IMG/VR virus record: IMGVR_UViG_3300032246_001270
Strand: one strand, 5' to 3'
DNA from: a virus
DNA length: 64,000 nt
A model generated the notes under the pieces. That model had not been told where the DNA came from. It saw nothing but the letters and a program-made list of their open reading frames with translations, and searched no databases. Position 1 is the stretch's first letter, and each line of letters begins with the position of its first letter. The translations under genes were made by a program, and so were the position numbers. Positions 38,104 to 49,500 of the stretch are shown here, piece after piece.

Positions 38104-38397
38104 TTAATTTCCGTAAGGAGAATCTCCTAAAATTTCAGAATTCCATGTAGATTTTAATTCATCCAATGTTGATATATTAGTTATATCAATATTAGTTGCA
38201 TCTCTTAATGCTTGTTTAGTTGCTCCTATTTGTGCAGTTTTTTCAGAATCTCCTCTTTCTAAGGCTTTCATAAAATCAACATCAAGTGGTTTAAAAAGTT
38301 CCTCTCTTTTACTTCTTATTTTATTTTGATGTATTTCCAATGCTTTATTTAAATCAATTCGTATCATAATATTAATAATTTTCAATATGTTGTGCAT
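38104..38397 (-). CDS. Putative tail fibre assembly chaperone
   Basis: IRSKR...LDVDFMKALE.GD...KQALRDAT; true start is probably MIRIDL at about 38367. Confidence 0.55.
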   Translation of the reverse strand: MHNILKIINIMIRIDLNKALEIHQNKIRSKREELFKPLDVDFMKALERGDSEKTAQIGATKQALRDATNIDITNISTLDELKSTWNSEILGDSPYGN

Positions 38398-38653
38398 CTT
38401 CTAATGCCTTTCTATGCATTTCATCCATACCATAATCAGTTGGATTAGACCAATCTGGGTCATATGCAGTATGAAATACTTTATCATAATATTCATACTC
38501 AACTAATATAAATGGCCATCCAGCCGGTACAGTTCTTTTTGCTATCATTGTAGCTGTTTTAAAATCATCAGCAAAAATACTTGTAGAACCTAACATTATT
38601 TTTGTTCCTAAACTTTGCTTACGAGAAGGAAATATACTTACATATCTTGCCAT
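38372..38653 (-). CDS. Putative tail fibre assembly chaperone
   Basis: IAKRTVPAGWPFILVE; directly downstream of the giant fibre gene. Confidence 0.5.
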   Translation of the reverse strand: MARYVSIFPSRKQSLGTKIMLGSTSIFADDFKTATMIAKRTVPAGWPFILVEYEYYDKVFHTAYDPDWSNPTDYGMDEMHRKALEDAQHIENY

Positions 38654-38665
38654 ATATTTATTTTT

Positions 38666-41600
38666 TTATTTATAAACTAATATACCAATTCTACTACCAC
38701 TGCTATCTTCACTATCTAATTCTATTTTAAAACTGGTAGCAAATGAATCAAACACTCTTACTAATTTTGGTATTGGGCCGGTTGCCGTTTCAGAACCTGA
38801 TATTACTACACTATAAAATCCAAGGGGAGCAGTTGAGTTAAACCACGTTGATGAATCTTGCAATGCTTCTACAAAAAATACCTGAAATGTATTGGTTGTT
38901 ACATACGTTATTTTTTCTATATTCATACAATAAGGCCACCAATATTCGCTATAAGTACCTGAACAATTTGTTGTTGGGTCCGGTTCAAAAAATGCATATG
39001 CTCTTAAAATTTGATAAGCTCTATTATATCCTCCAAAGAAATAAGATGTCATAAAGTTACCTCCAGCTGCTCTATTAGAACGAGGATATGATGCATTATT
39101 AATATAAATTCTTTGCATTGCATTATGCCACTCAATTGCATTTTGATTCAATAATAAAAATGTTCCACCAATATGTCCAATTGTTCTTCTATCTTGAAAT
39201 GAGCTATTTACATGTCCACCGGAGTTTGGAAAATCCGTAAGAGATAATGAAGATAAAAAATCTGGTCTAGTTAAAAAATATCTATCAGTATCTTGTCCTA
39301 CATTAATTCCAACCTGATTAAGTACTGTGGATGCTACCGATGCATTATAGGCAACATCAATATCAGGCATATAATAATCAATAGTCATATAGTTATCATA
39401 TTCCAAATTGTAAACTATATATTGAATACTAACCGTGTATGTTTGCCCAGCTATCATATTTACTCCAGACATATATAATACTATATTAGTAGGAGGTGAA
39501 CCAGGATTGATTTGTTCATAGAAATTACCGCCAAAATCCGCATCAAATACAGGAGTATCTACATACTCAGCTCCACCAAATCCACTATATACACTGTTAC
39601 CACCACTATCTCTTACATAAAGTCTCATATCCACATAAGGGCCGGAATGTTTTGTTCCACTTATCCAAGTAGTTTTTCTTAAAGAACTTACTGGAATTGT
39701 AAATGTTAATTCATAAGCTGCTGTTAATGGTGGAACTATATTATTATTAACATTCCATGTTGGTGAATATGGCCAATCGCCAGGAGAACCCGGAGGTGTA
39801 ACACCACCGGGATATTGTAAATATCCATTAGGTCCTTGCCCTGTCAATGTACCATTTTGGTATGTTGCAGTTCCAGCAGCATATCCTGTTATATGAATTG
39901 TTCCAGAGTTGTAGTTTAATGGGTCTGCGGTTGATGTAGTTCCATAATCTAATAATACTTTAGTTACATTATTTCCATCTTTTAAACGAATAATTCCAGA
40001 TATAACTAAATCAGTATCATCCCAATAAAGATACTTACCACCAACAGTAGATGTTGCATCTCCTAATCTAAATTGTCCTAAGTTATTTAAAAAATATCCT
40101 TTCCCTGCTGATAGAGATGTTGCGTTTACACTTCTAATATATCCCGTATAACTTCCATCAGTACCAATAACCAAACCTCTAGTAATTGTTGCATCTTGCG
40201 CCAATAAAATATCAGTTGCTACTGAACTAAATGTTGCTCCAAAGGTTGACCAATCAGATACACCCGGAGTCCCCCAAGTTGCTGTTCCAGTTTTAGATGG
40301 ATTGTTTACTAAATAGTATGCTCCAGTATATGCCGGATATCTAACTACATCTTTACGAGTTCCATCAGCTGTTTGAAAATATGCTGTTCCAGAATCATAA
40401 TTTCCTCTAAATACTACGCCAGGACCAGGTGCACCATCGTTTCCATTATTACCATTAACACCCGATGTACCATTTGCTCCATCAGCTCCGTTTTTACCGG
40501 ATGTACCATTTGCTCCATCAGCTCCCGATGTACCATTTGCTCCGGGCGAACCAGCTGCTGCCGCAACAGTCCAAGGACCTGCGCCAGGATATCCTGTTGA
40601 TGCGTTTGTATTATTTGTTGATGTATGTGAAGTTGTTGAAGTACATTGCCAACTTTGTCCTCCGTAAGTAGCAACATCATTTGCGTAATAAACAGTTGAT
40701 GATGCCCAAGCTCCTCTTAATGTTCCAGCGTTTTGACCGGGAGCAACTTGATTTATAGAACCAACAATTGTTAATGTGTTACCATCCCATTTTAATGCTC
40801 TTTGCCCATCTGAAGATTTAATTGAAAATCTACCAGTTGTTCCGCTAGCACCATTTTCATAAATACCTAAAAATATACCTGGTCTATCATATCCAATAAC
40901 TCCGGTAGATGTTTGGTCACCACTTGCTCCTTGAGTACCAGTCTGTCCCATAGCCATATATGGGTCATTACGTCCTCCAGCTAATACAATATTTGCAAAT
41001 GCACCTGTTGTATCTTTTGTACCAATATTAATTGTGTTCTTTACATATGATTCATCAAATATTGCAATCTTAGCTGCTACAAAAAATTCTTGAGTTCCTA
41101 AATATTGCCAATAATTATTATCTGATGTTGTTCCAGATGGTGCTTGTGCTCCAACTAAGTTACTACTCTTATTATAAGTTGCGGGGCCACTACCACTAAT
41201 TGCTGCGTAATATGTTGTCGGATTTCCGTTAGGTGGATATATTACCGCATCCCTACGATAGTTTACAGTTTCAACACTTCCTATGTAATCTATTGTATTA
41301 GACCAATTGCCCCTCATTACAACACCAGGTCCTGTATTTCCTTCAAATTGAACTGCAAATGATTGAGTTTTATATAATTTTTCTCTTCCCTCACAATCTA
41401 TTTCATAAACAACATATCCAGTTGTATATGTAGTTGGGTTTGACCAACTTACTAAATCGTATGTATATGCTAAATTATTTGCATCTACTGGTAATGTACT
41501 ACCTACTACCAAACTACCACCTAAAGTAATATGAGAAGATTTATCAAATACTTTTACAAGTGATTTTTCTTTATATCCAGTATTGCCGTATGCATCAGTT

Positions 41601-44600
41601 TGTCCTCCACTAAATGATGATACACATAATAATTGAGTCCCACCTCTAGTTGGTTTAATTGTAGTAGAAGTATCAGTATAACTCATTTGTCCAGATACTT
41701 TATAAACTAACGCAGATGCTTCGTTTGATAGTAATGCCGAATATGGTGCTGGTGCTGTAAATTGTACTGCTATTGATTGTGTTACAAATTGAGTTTGTCT
41801 ACCACTTTCAAAATCTATTTTATAAACTATTTCTCCAGATGTATTTACTGCCGGATTTGTCCATGCAGTTATATTACCAATTTCAGCAGGGTTTAATGCT
41901 GGGAATTTTGTACCAGCCATTGTAATCCAAGAAGACTTTGTAAATATGGATGCAGATGAATATCCTAATATACCAATTAAATTATCTTGAAAATCATAAT
42001 CAGTAGGATATGTTGGTGCTGGGTATGTTGTTACATTTATTAATTGTGTGGCTCCTTTAAATGTTGTAATTTTTTCTCCAGTTCCTGCAAATTGAGTTGT
42101 CCACAAATCTGCAGTAATTGATGTATTATCATTTGTTGAAACTAATTTATATGCATCAGCTCCAGCTTTAACACCGGCAATAGTTAATTGACCAACTGCT
42201 CTTATATCAGAATCTTGTAAATTATAAAATATAGGAGCTTTACCATCAACTAATTTTGCTTTCCAAGTTTTTGTTTGACCTGGCCCAGCAGCATCTGCTC
42301 CAGTAATTCCGTATAATGTATATGTTGGTGGAACTCCTTCCATTGGATAAGGTCCATCATAAAAAGTTTCAGTGCCATCTGCTTCTACAAAGTAAAAATA
42401 TACTTGAGGTCCATCAGTAATACCAGCAACATACGAACCAGTTGTATTAAATGCAGTTGCTGTTAAATCAATACCACCATCAGGTGCAGTTTTATATCCA
42501 TCTCTATTATAGTTTATAGTATATGTTGATGATTTTAAAGATATACTTCTAGCGTTTGGAGTTGATATATTTTTTGTTATTACCTGAGTTCTGTTAAAAA
42601 CAGATGAGGTATATTGATGACCAGGTCCTAATGAATATGGATAAGCAACTATATTATATAATACACTTGCTGTTGTATATGGATGGTCAAATCTTTTAAA
42701 GTTTATAGTTGCAGTATCAAATGATGAAGATGATAAAGAACCAGTTTGAATATTACTTCCACTAATAGATAAGAATCTCCAAGTTCCAGGTGCTTTTGAT
42801 TGTGTTGTAAATGTTAAATAATCGGCTCCTTCTTTTAATTTAATTGTTGTATTAATTGGTAGATATCCTGTTGTTGGGTCTATATAACCAACTTCATCGG
42901 AAATTAAAGTTTGTGTTAATGGCGATACAATAACTTCAACTTGCGGAGGTCCATCTAATATTTTTGTGTAATTTTGAGTAATACTTGCAGTATAAATTGA
43001 TGATGTATAATATGGATGTATTACTAAATTATATAAAATACTTCCACTTAAATCACTAAGTTTACTTGCATTTGAAAGTAATAGAGAATCTGCATATGCA
43101 CTACCTAAGTATGATGCATCAATAACACTACCTGTCATTATATTACTTCCCGTAATCCAAAATTTTGAATATATCCCATTTCCAGTAGATACCGATTGGG
43201 ATGCTGTATAGAATGTACCATGTTCACTTTGTTGTTCAACACTTCCAGTAAATATTAAATAACGAGACCCCTGTTTTAATCTAATTTGAGTTGCAGATTG
43301 GTCATAACTATTTACAACTCCTTTTGAATTTGCTTTTAAATTTACTGTTGATGGTGTTATTTCAAATATAATACTTTCATCTCCAGGTTTTCCTTCTGGT
43401 ACAATAGTAAACGTTTTATCAAAACTTACAGATGCAGATGTCCAAGGTTCAGTATATGTAAAAGTTAATGTTAAATTTTTACTTTGTTGTAGTGGGCTTC
43501 TTACATTTGAATTTGTTGGGATTTCAGATGGTATAATAAGTTTATTATCATCAATACCCGTAACAGTTAATGTTGGGTCTAAACTTTGTGTATGATAATA
43601 AATCCAGTATTCAGGAACATAATCTTTATTAATTGACATTGATGGGTAAACCTGAAAAGATGATGTTATATATTCATTTTCTCCAGACACTGCTCTTTTT
43701 GCAAAAGATGCGGTTGCGTATCCAAACAAAGGTTTAAATTGTGTATCAGTTCTTGGATTTATAGTAAATGAATCTGCATTATATGTTACCTTACCACTAT
43801 CCAAACCATCTTGCAAATCTTCTAAAATAATTGTTGCTAAAACAGAAGATGATACCGCATATGCCCAATTAGATGCTGCAGAACTTGATGGCATCAAATA
43901 AAGTGTTCTTCTAAAATCAATTGAGTCTCTAGTAAAAATTGCGTTATAATCTATTTGTTTACTACCAATAGTACCAACAGTTAAACCTTTAATATAATTA
44001 CTTTGAGTTACATAAGATAAATTTACAAACTTTTCAGGAGTTGAATAATCTACTGAACCTGTTTTTAAAATATGTAATTGTATATCAGAAAAATTCTTTA
44101 CAGCTTGCTTACTTAATATAATATCATTAATACCATCAATTCTTACCGCCTGTATTTCTAATGATGCAGTACTACTATTTCTAATTTGAGTTCCTCTATA
44201 AGGTCTAATAATATGGTTTACTCCGCCAAATCCATCTAATACTTTATATATATTAATAGTATCGGTATATCCCTCAACCTCACCAGTCAATCTTACCAAT
44301 TGTACATTTATATCGCTTCTAGAACCAGTAAAGTCTTGAACAGTCATATAAACATTTGCTGTTCCTATTCCATGTAATAAGCCAGGAAATTGTTGACCAG
44401 AACCAGTATATGATGATGATAAATTATTACCAAAGAAATCAAATGATTGTGATGTATAATGAACTGAACCGGTTAATAAAGTTTTTTGTTCATCAATTGT
44501 TATAACAGTTGGTGGTACTGGGTTTGAACCAGAATCAAATTGAAACCCTGCGGATGATGGTACTAACTTAAGTTGTTTTCTAATTGTTTGTAAGTTTCCC

Positions 44601-46249
44601 CCATTAAATGTTTTAGTTGCATCAACTAATACAGGAATGTAATTATTATTTACATCGTAAAATTCAAAACGATATAAAAATGTTTCTATTGGTAAACTTC
44701 TAGGTACTGATTGAATAAATGTAATTTCGTCAGGAGAAAATGCAGTTTCTTGTGCTGCGGATAAACTAATATTTGCAATATGCCAACCAGTTCCAACTAT
44801 TTCAAAATAAAGTTTTGCATTATTTATTTCTTCTGCACTTATATTTTTAGTTATATTACTTTTTTGTAATAAACTATTAGATGAATTTATTTTTATAATA
44901 TTTTGTTCAACTTGAACAGTTGTTGTAGTTCCATTAGCTACAGATTGCTTTGAACCACTAAGAAATACGTTTATGTAATTATTAGGAGAAATATTTTTAA
45001 CTAATCTAGTATCAAATGTTAAAGAATATTCTGCCCCCTTAGTAATTGATATTGGATTTTTTATACTAAAATATGTTGGATTAGAACCACCATCTAATTT
45101 TATAGAATCAAATAAATAAGTTTGATTAAAAGTTGTTGTTAAACTATTTGATGATGTTACCCAATATGTTAAATTATTAGTTCCATCAAATATACCATAG
45201 TATTCTTGATTTTTATTTGTACTAGCCAAATCTACTAATAATTCATTAGATTCTAATTTAATTTCTTGAACAAATTGATAATCAGATAAATCAGATTGTG
45301 ATTTTCTAAATATTTTAACTCTAGCACAATCTCCAACAAATGTAGTTAAATTAGTTAATTCAATTTTAGCAAAAGAACCAGTTAATGCTGTTTTTAAATT
45401 ATCAATTCCTTCTGCATAATTAAATGATGCAGTATATCCTACTTCTACTAAATTTGCAACCAATCCATTATCTGTTGTATATGGTGGTTGAACTATGATT
45501 TCTCTACTATTAACAATATTTGTTACTAATGGATTGTAAGAAATATCATCAAATGTTAAATATGTACCAACTACAGATGCTGTCCAAAATGTATCATCTG
45601 TTGTTGTTAAAAGATATGAAGTTGGTGATGTATAATTTGTTAATGAAGCTCCTAATACTGGCGCTAATGGAGTACTATTTATTAAACCTTTTTTTATTAC
45701 ATTTGTTGCAACATTTGAAAATATTGGTTTAACTATTTCTGAAATAACTACATTTGGTCTTTTATAAAATCTTACCTTATCTTCATTAGAAAGTAATCTA
45801 TTTGCTTTAAAAGTTTTTTCCCATTTTACATTATATACATTTTTCCAATCATCTGGTACACTTTGTTTAATACCATCAGAATCTATATATGTTTTTAACT
45901 CACCTAATATTGTAATTTTTGCATTACCAATTGGAGTATCTTCGTATATATAAACAGCAATTACTTTTGATATTCCCTCATAATATTCAGGAACACCATT
46001 ACCTGGTTCATAATAAATTGGATTACCCTCAACATCTATAATTTCTATCTTTATTTCAGTAGATTCCATTAAATGCTCAGAACCTTCAATAAGAAATCCA
46101 TTCTTACCACCAGTAAATGTATCTTTAAATTCCGTAATCCTAAAATATTTAGAATTTGGAGTATCATCAACTACAAATGTATTGTAAGTTGTTAATTGTG
46201 GCTGTAAGTTTGTTGTTTGATTACTAGCGTATTTCTTTATCCTTGCCAT
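38666..46249 (-). CDS. Giant tail fibre / baseplate-attached fibre (2527 aa)
   Basis: Repeated beta-rich domains ending in DGxxG-like linkers, CBM-like RGxW/Y motifs, a collagen-like GANGTSG segment, and chaperone-like genes downstream. Confidence 0.7.
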   Translation of the reverse strand: MARIKKYASNQTTNLQPQLTTYNTFVVDDTPNSKYFRITEFKDTFTGGKNGFLIEGSEHLMESTEIKIEIIDVEGNPIYYEPGNGVPEYYEGISKVIAVYIYEDTPIGNAKITILGELKTYIDSDGIKQSVPDDWKNVYNVKWEKTFKANRLLSNEDKVRFYKRPNVVISEIVKPIFSNVATNVIKKGLINSTPLAPVLGASLTNYTSPTSYLLTTTDDTFWTASVVGTYLTFDDISYNPLVTNIVNSREIIVQPPYTTDNGLVANLVEVGYTASFNYAEGIDNLKTALTGSFAKIELTNLTTFVGDCARVKIFRKSQSDLSDYQFVQEIKLESNELLVDLASTNKNQEYYGIFDGTNNLTYWVTSSNSLTTTFNQTYLFDSIKLDGGSNPTYFSIKNPISITKGAEYSLTFDTRLVKNISPNNYINVFLSGSKQSVANGTTTTVQVEQNIIKINSSNSLLQKSNITKNISAEEINNAKLYFEIVGTGWHIANISLSAAQETAFSPDEITFIQSVPRSLPIETFLYRFEFYDVNNNYIPVLVDATKTFNGGNLQTIRKQLKLVPSSAGFQFDSGSNPVPPTVITIDEQKTLLTGSVHYTSQSFDFFGNNLSSSYTGSGQQFPGLLHGIGTANVYMTVQDFTGSRSDINVQLVRLTGEVEGYTDTINIYKVLDGFGGVNHIIRPYRGTQIRNSSTASLEIQAVRIDGINDIILSKQAVKNFSDIQLHILKTGSVDYSTPEKFVNLSYVTQSNYIKGLTVGTIGSKQIDYNAIFTRDSIDFRRTLYLMPSSSAASNWAYAVSSSVLATIILEDLQDGLDSGKVTYNADSFTINPRTDTQFKPLFGYATASFAKRAVSGENEYITSSFQVYPSMSINKDYVPEYWIYYHTQSLDPTLTVTGIDDNKLIIPSEIPTNSNVRSPLQQSKNLTLTFTYTEPWTSASVSFDKTFTIVPEGKPGDESIIFEITPSTVNLKANSKGVVNSYDQSATQIRLKQGSRYLIFTGSVEQQSEHGTFYTASQSVSTGNGIYSKFWITGSNIMTGSVIDASYLGSAYADSLLLSNASKLSDLSGSILYNLVIHPYYTSSIYTASITQNYTKILDGPPQVEVIVSPLTQTLISDEVGYIDPTTGYLPINTTIKLKEGADYLTFTTQSKAPGTWRFLSISGSNIQTGSLSSSSFDTATINFKRFDHPYTTASVLYNIVAYPYSLGPGHQYTSSVFNRTQVITKNISTPNARSISLKSSTYTINYNRDGYKTAPDGGIDLTATAFNTTGSYVAGITDGPQVYFYFVEADGTETFYDGPYPMEGVPPTYTLYGITGADAAGPGQTKTWKAKLVDGKAPIFYNLQDSDIRAVGQLTIAGVKAGADAYKLVSTNDNTSITADLWTTQFAGTGEKITTFKGATQLINVTTYPAPTYPTDYDFQDNLIGILGYSSASIFTKSSWITMAGTKFPALNPAEIGNITAWTNPAVNTSGEIVYKIDFESGRQTQFVTQSIAVQFTAPAPYSALLSNEASALVYKVSGQMSYTDTSTTIKPTRGGTQLLCVSSFSGGQTDAYGNTGYKEKSLVKVFDKSSHITLGGSLVVGSTLPVDANNLAYTYDLVSWSNPTTYTTGYVVYEIDCEGREKLYKTQSFAVQFEGNTGPGVVMRGNWSNTIDYIGSVETVNYRRDAVIYPPNGNPTTYYAAISGSGPATYNKSSNLVGAQAPSGTTSDNNYWQYLGTQEFFVAAKIAIFDESYVKNTINIGTKDTTGAFANIVLAGGRNDPYMAMGQTGTQGASGDQTSTGVIGYDRPGIFLGIYENGASGTTGRFSIKSSDGQRALKWDGNTLTIVGSINQVAPGQNAGTLRGAWASSTVYYANDVATYGGQSWQCTSTTSHTSTNNTNASTGYPGAGPWTVAAAAGSPGANGTSGADGANGTSGKNGADGANGTSGVNGNNGNDGAPGPGVVFRGNYDSGTAYFQTADGTRKDVVRYPAYTGAYYLVNNPSKTGTATWGTPGVSDWSTFGATFSSVATDILLAQDATITRGLVIGTDGSYTGYIRSVNATSLSAGKGYFLNNLGQFRLGDATSTVGGKYLYWDDTDLVISGIIRLKDGNNVTKVLLDYGTTSTADPLNYNSGTIHITGYAAGTATYQNGTLTGQGPNGYLQYPGGVTPPGSPGDWPYSPTWNVNNNIVPPLTAAYELTFTIPVSSLRKTTWISGTKHSGPYVDMRLYVRDSGGNSVYSGFGGAEYVDTPVFDADFGGNFYEQINPGSPPTNIVLYMSGVNMIAGQTYTVSIQYIVYNLEYDNYMTIDYYMPDIDVAYNASVASTVLNQVGINVGQDTDRYFLTRPDFLSSLSLTDFPNSGGHVNSSFQDRRTIGHIGGTFLLLNQNAIEWHNAMQRIYINNASYPRSNRAAGGNFMTSYFFGGYNRAYQILRAYAFFEPDPTTNCSGTYSEYWWPYCMNIEKITYVTTNTFQVFFVEALQDSSTWFNSTAPLGFYSVVISGSETATGPIPKLVRVFDSFATSFKIELDSEDSSGSRIGILVYK

Positions 46250-46340
46250 TAAAGTTATCCTATTTTATATTGATAAATATTCTTAATATTTTTTATCATT
46301 ATAATTATATATAGAAAACTAAAGAAATCTAAAGAAAGTT

Positions 46341-46514
46341 ATGAAAAAATACGCAATGATACAAATAGATGCTGAAATACATCAAGCATTAAAAGAATTT
46401 TGTAAAGAGAAAGGATATAAAATAAATGGATTAGTAGAAACGCTTATAAAAGAAAAGGTGGAATCCTCAAAGAAGACCCCACCTAAAAATATATTACCAG
46501 TTATTAGAAATTAA
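46341..46514 (+). CDS. Ribbon-helix-helix DNA-binding protein (57 aa; not in the ORF track)
   Basis: MKKYAMIQIDAEIHQALKEFCKEKGYKINGLVETLIKEKV...: beta-strand, helix, G, helix pattern of CopG/Arc-type proteins; fills an otherwise empty gap. Confidence 0.7.
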   Translation: MKKYAMIQIDAEIHQALKEFCKEKGYKINGLVETLIKEKVESSKKTPPKNILPVIRN

Positions 46515-49500
46515 TCTTAGAAAACCCATCTACTTTTTTAATTTCAATAAGTCCATCTACAATATCTCTCATTTGTTCTAAGTGAGAAATAACCCAAATA
46601 AAATCAAATTGAGTTTTAAGATATTGCATCATCATAAATAGGGATGATAAGTTATCTGCATCTAATGTACCAAACCCTTCATCAATTACTAAGAAGTTTG
46701 GTCTAGGTAGGTTGCATATGTTAATTAGAGCTACTCTAATCGCTAATCCCGATATGAACTTCTCCATACCACTACACATCTCTAAAGCCCACTCCTGGTC
46801 CTCATAAACGATTTTAGCGTTAATATTCTTTCCATCAGTATCCATTGAGATTGAGAAATCTACTACCTGTCCTAATATATTGTTCACTTCGTTTTCAATT
46901 GCTGGTAAAGCCTTTGATATTAACTCATATGGTACACCATCTTTTTTAACTGCATCTAAGTAGAATGTATATAATTGGTTTTTACTTTCCAATTCTTTTA
47001 CTTCCTCCATCTTAGCTACCATATTATCAATATAAGTTTTTGTTGCACCAACCTCTGACATTAATTTTAACATAAGTTTGTTCACATCTGATATTTGCTT
47101 TTCTACACCTTGCTTTAATCTACGAACATTTTGTATTTGAACATCTAATGCTTCGTTTCGTATAATAGTTCCCTCATTTTCAAAATATCTATTTATATCA
47201 GCGGATACAGTTTCTTTTTGATGTTGTAATAATTCAACTTTAGTATCGCAAGTTTTAATATCCACATCCAAGCGTTCTGTTACTACTATTAATCTTTTAT
47301 GTTCATCAGTCCATTGTTTCCATTGACGGAATTGGTCTTCAACTCCAGCTAATTCACCTAATTGAGTTATAAGAGCACCATGTAAAATGTTTAGTGTTTC
47401 TAATTGATTACCTTGTTGTTCTAATTTTGTTTCGGTTTCCTTTGCATCCTTTACGAATACATTGTTCATACAAAAGTTACAATTAGGGTCATACTCATGC
47501 TCTGCTAAATGAGATAACTTTTCTTTGTTATGTTCAATCGCACTTTCTAATAATTCAATCTGATGTAAGGTATCTTTTATTTGTCCTTTAACTAAATTCA
47601 ATTGAACTTGCGCTTCACCAATATCAGTTCCATTTATAGTAACTTTAGAATCAACCATTTCTTTGGCTTCTCTAACTAACTCTTTGGATTCCGTATGTTT
47701 TGTTGTTTTATCGGATTTACTATCACCCCAAACCTTTAAATCATCAACAATCTTTTGTGCTTTTGCATTTAGAGAATTGATATCTAAGTTACCTTGAATT
47801 GGAACAATTTGTTGAGATATAGTTACGATTTGTTCTTCTAAATCAACTTTACGATTTTCCAAATCTAACTTCTCTGCATCTAAACTATCATACTCCTCTC
47901 TCTTTGAATTCAAGTCGTTTTCTTTTTGGGCTAATTCAGAAGTAAAGTCGGTTCTTCTGAAATTTCTGATAAGTGCATTCACATCTTTGATATCGTTTGT
48001 AGCAGTATCATACAGCTTATCAAATATATCCAAGCCCATAAACTGAGCCATCAAATCTTTCCTTTCGGATTGTGATTTATCAATAAATAAGGCATTATTA
48101 GCTTGTAGTGAAAGGGCTGTCATAATAAAATCCTCATATCTTCCCACATAGGTTTCAATGTTTTGGTTGGTATCCCTTCTCTCCGTTCCGTTAAGTGATT
48201 CCCTACCACTATCTCCTTCTCTCCAAAAATCAACATCCACTTTTACGTTCTTTCCCTTATTGATTGTTCTTCCTTCTCTACGAATACCATATACAACTCC
48301 ATCTACGGAGAATTCTAATTGGCAATGGAAATCTGATTTACGATTATTCATAATAGCAGATGCTTTGTAAGCCCTACTACACTTATCAAACAAACAGAAT
48401 GAGATTGCATCAAATAGGGATGATTTACCCTGTGCATTTGGTGCGAATAATCCCATCAATCCGTTTACCTTATCGAAGTTGATTACGTTCCTCTCTCCGT
48501 ATGAGAACATATTACTGAAATCAAACTTTATTGGTTTCCAGCTTATATTTCTTTGTAGTTCTGATGGTTGTATTCTACTATTAATGTCACGATTTATTTT
48601 CTCTATTCCAGCCAAGTCCTCCTTTGTCACAAATGGCATCATACGTTCAATATACTCCCCTATTAAAGAGTTTTGATGGTTTATATCAGCTATACTATCT
48701 ACTTCCAACCTTGCTTCTCTATCGTTAGTTTTCTTCTTATTGAATGTATCCGTTCTAATGATTGTAAAGTCCTCCACACCATACTTTGCGGTAATATCAG
48801 CCATCATCCTCTTAGTATCTGCGGTATCCGTATTAGTTACCCTTACTCTTAAACGAGGGTATAAAGGCATATCAGTTACATCCGGCACAATACCACCATC
48901 AACATCTAAAGTGTAATAACCATAATCATTTTTGATATCAATTTCTTCGTAAGTCATTGTATCTAAATCCCAAGCTAAGAATCCGTGCTTATCTAATGTC
49001 TCACCAAAGTTTTGTTGTACTAATGAACCAGCATATACCACCTTACATCCGCTTGGTGATATCATCTCTTGTCTTTTATGAATATCTCCTAATAAAGCTA
49101 AATCATATCCATCGAATATATCAGTTGTGAAGTGTCTACTACTAACTACATAACCCACATCAGTTGTGGAGTTATCAACAGGTCCATGAAATAATGCAAT
49201 CTTTTTGTTTCCAAATAGAGTGTTTGCTTTAGGCCAATTATATTTGTTATCAAATATACTAAATACTGCAAAATCAACATCTCCTATTCCGTAAACTTGC
49301 GTATCCTTTAAATAGGTTAGGTTTGGTAACTTCAATGCATCTACAATTGGAGTAAGTACATCCATTCTATCCGAATTATTCATATTACAATCGTGATTAC
49401 CAGCGATTACAATAGTAGGACATAGTTTGTTACATTCCGTAAACAACCAACTAATCTCACTTACCAATTCAGGACTCATTTCCAATTTAGCGTGAGCAAT

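Noticed and set aside
40420-40560. Short direct repeats resembling a CRISPR array
   Set aside because: In-frame coding repeats (GADGANGTS) without unique spacers; no cas genes.
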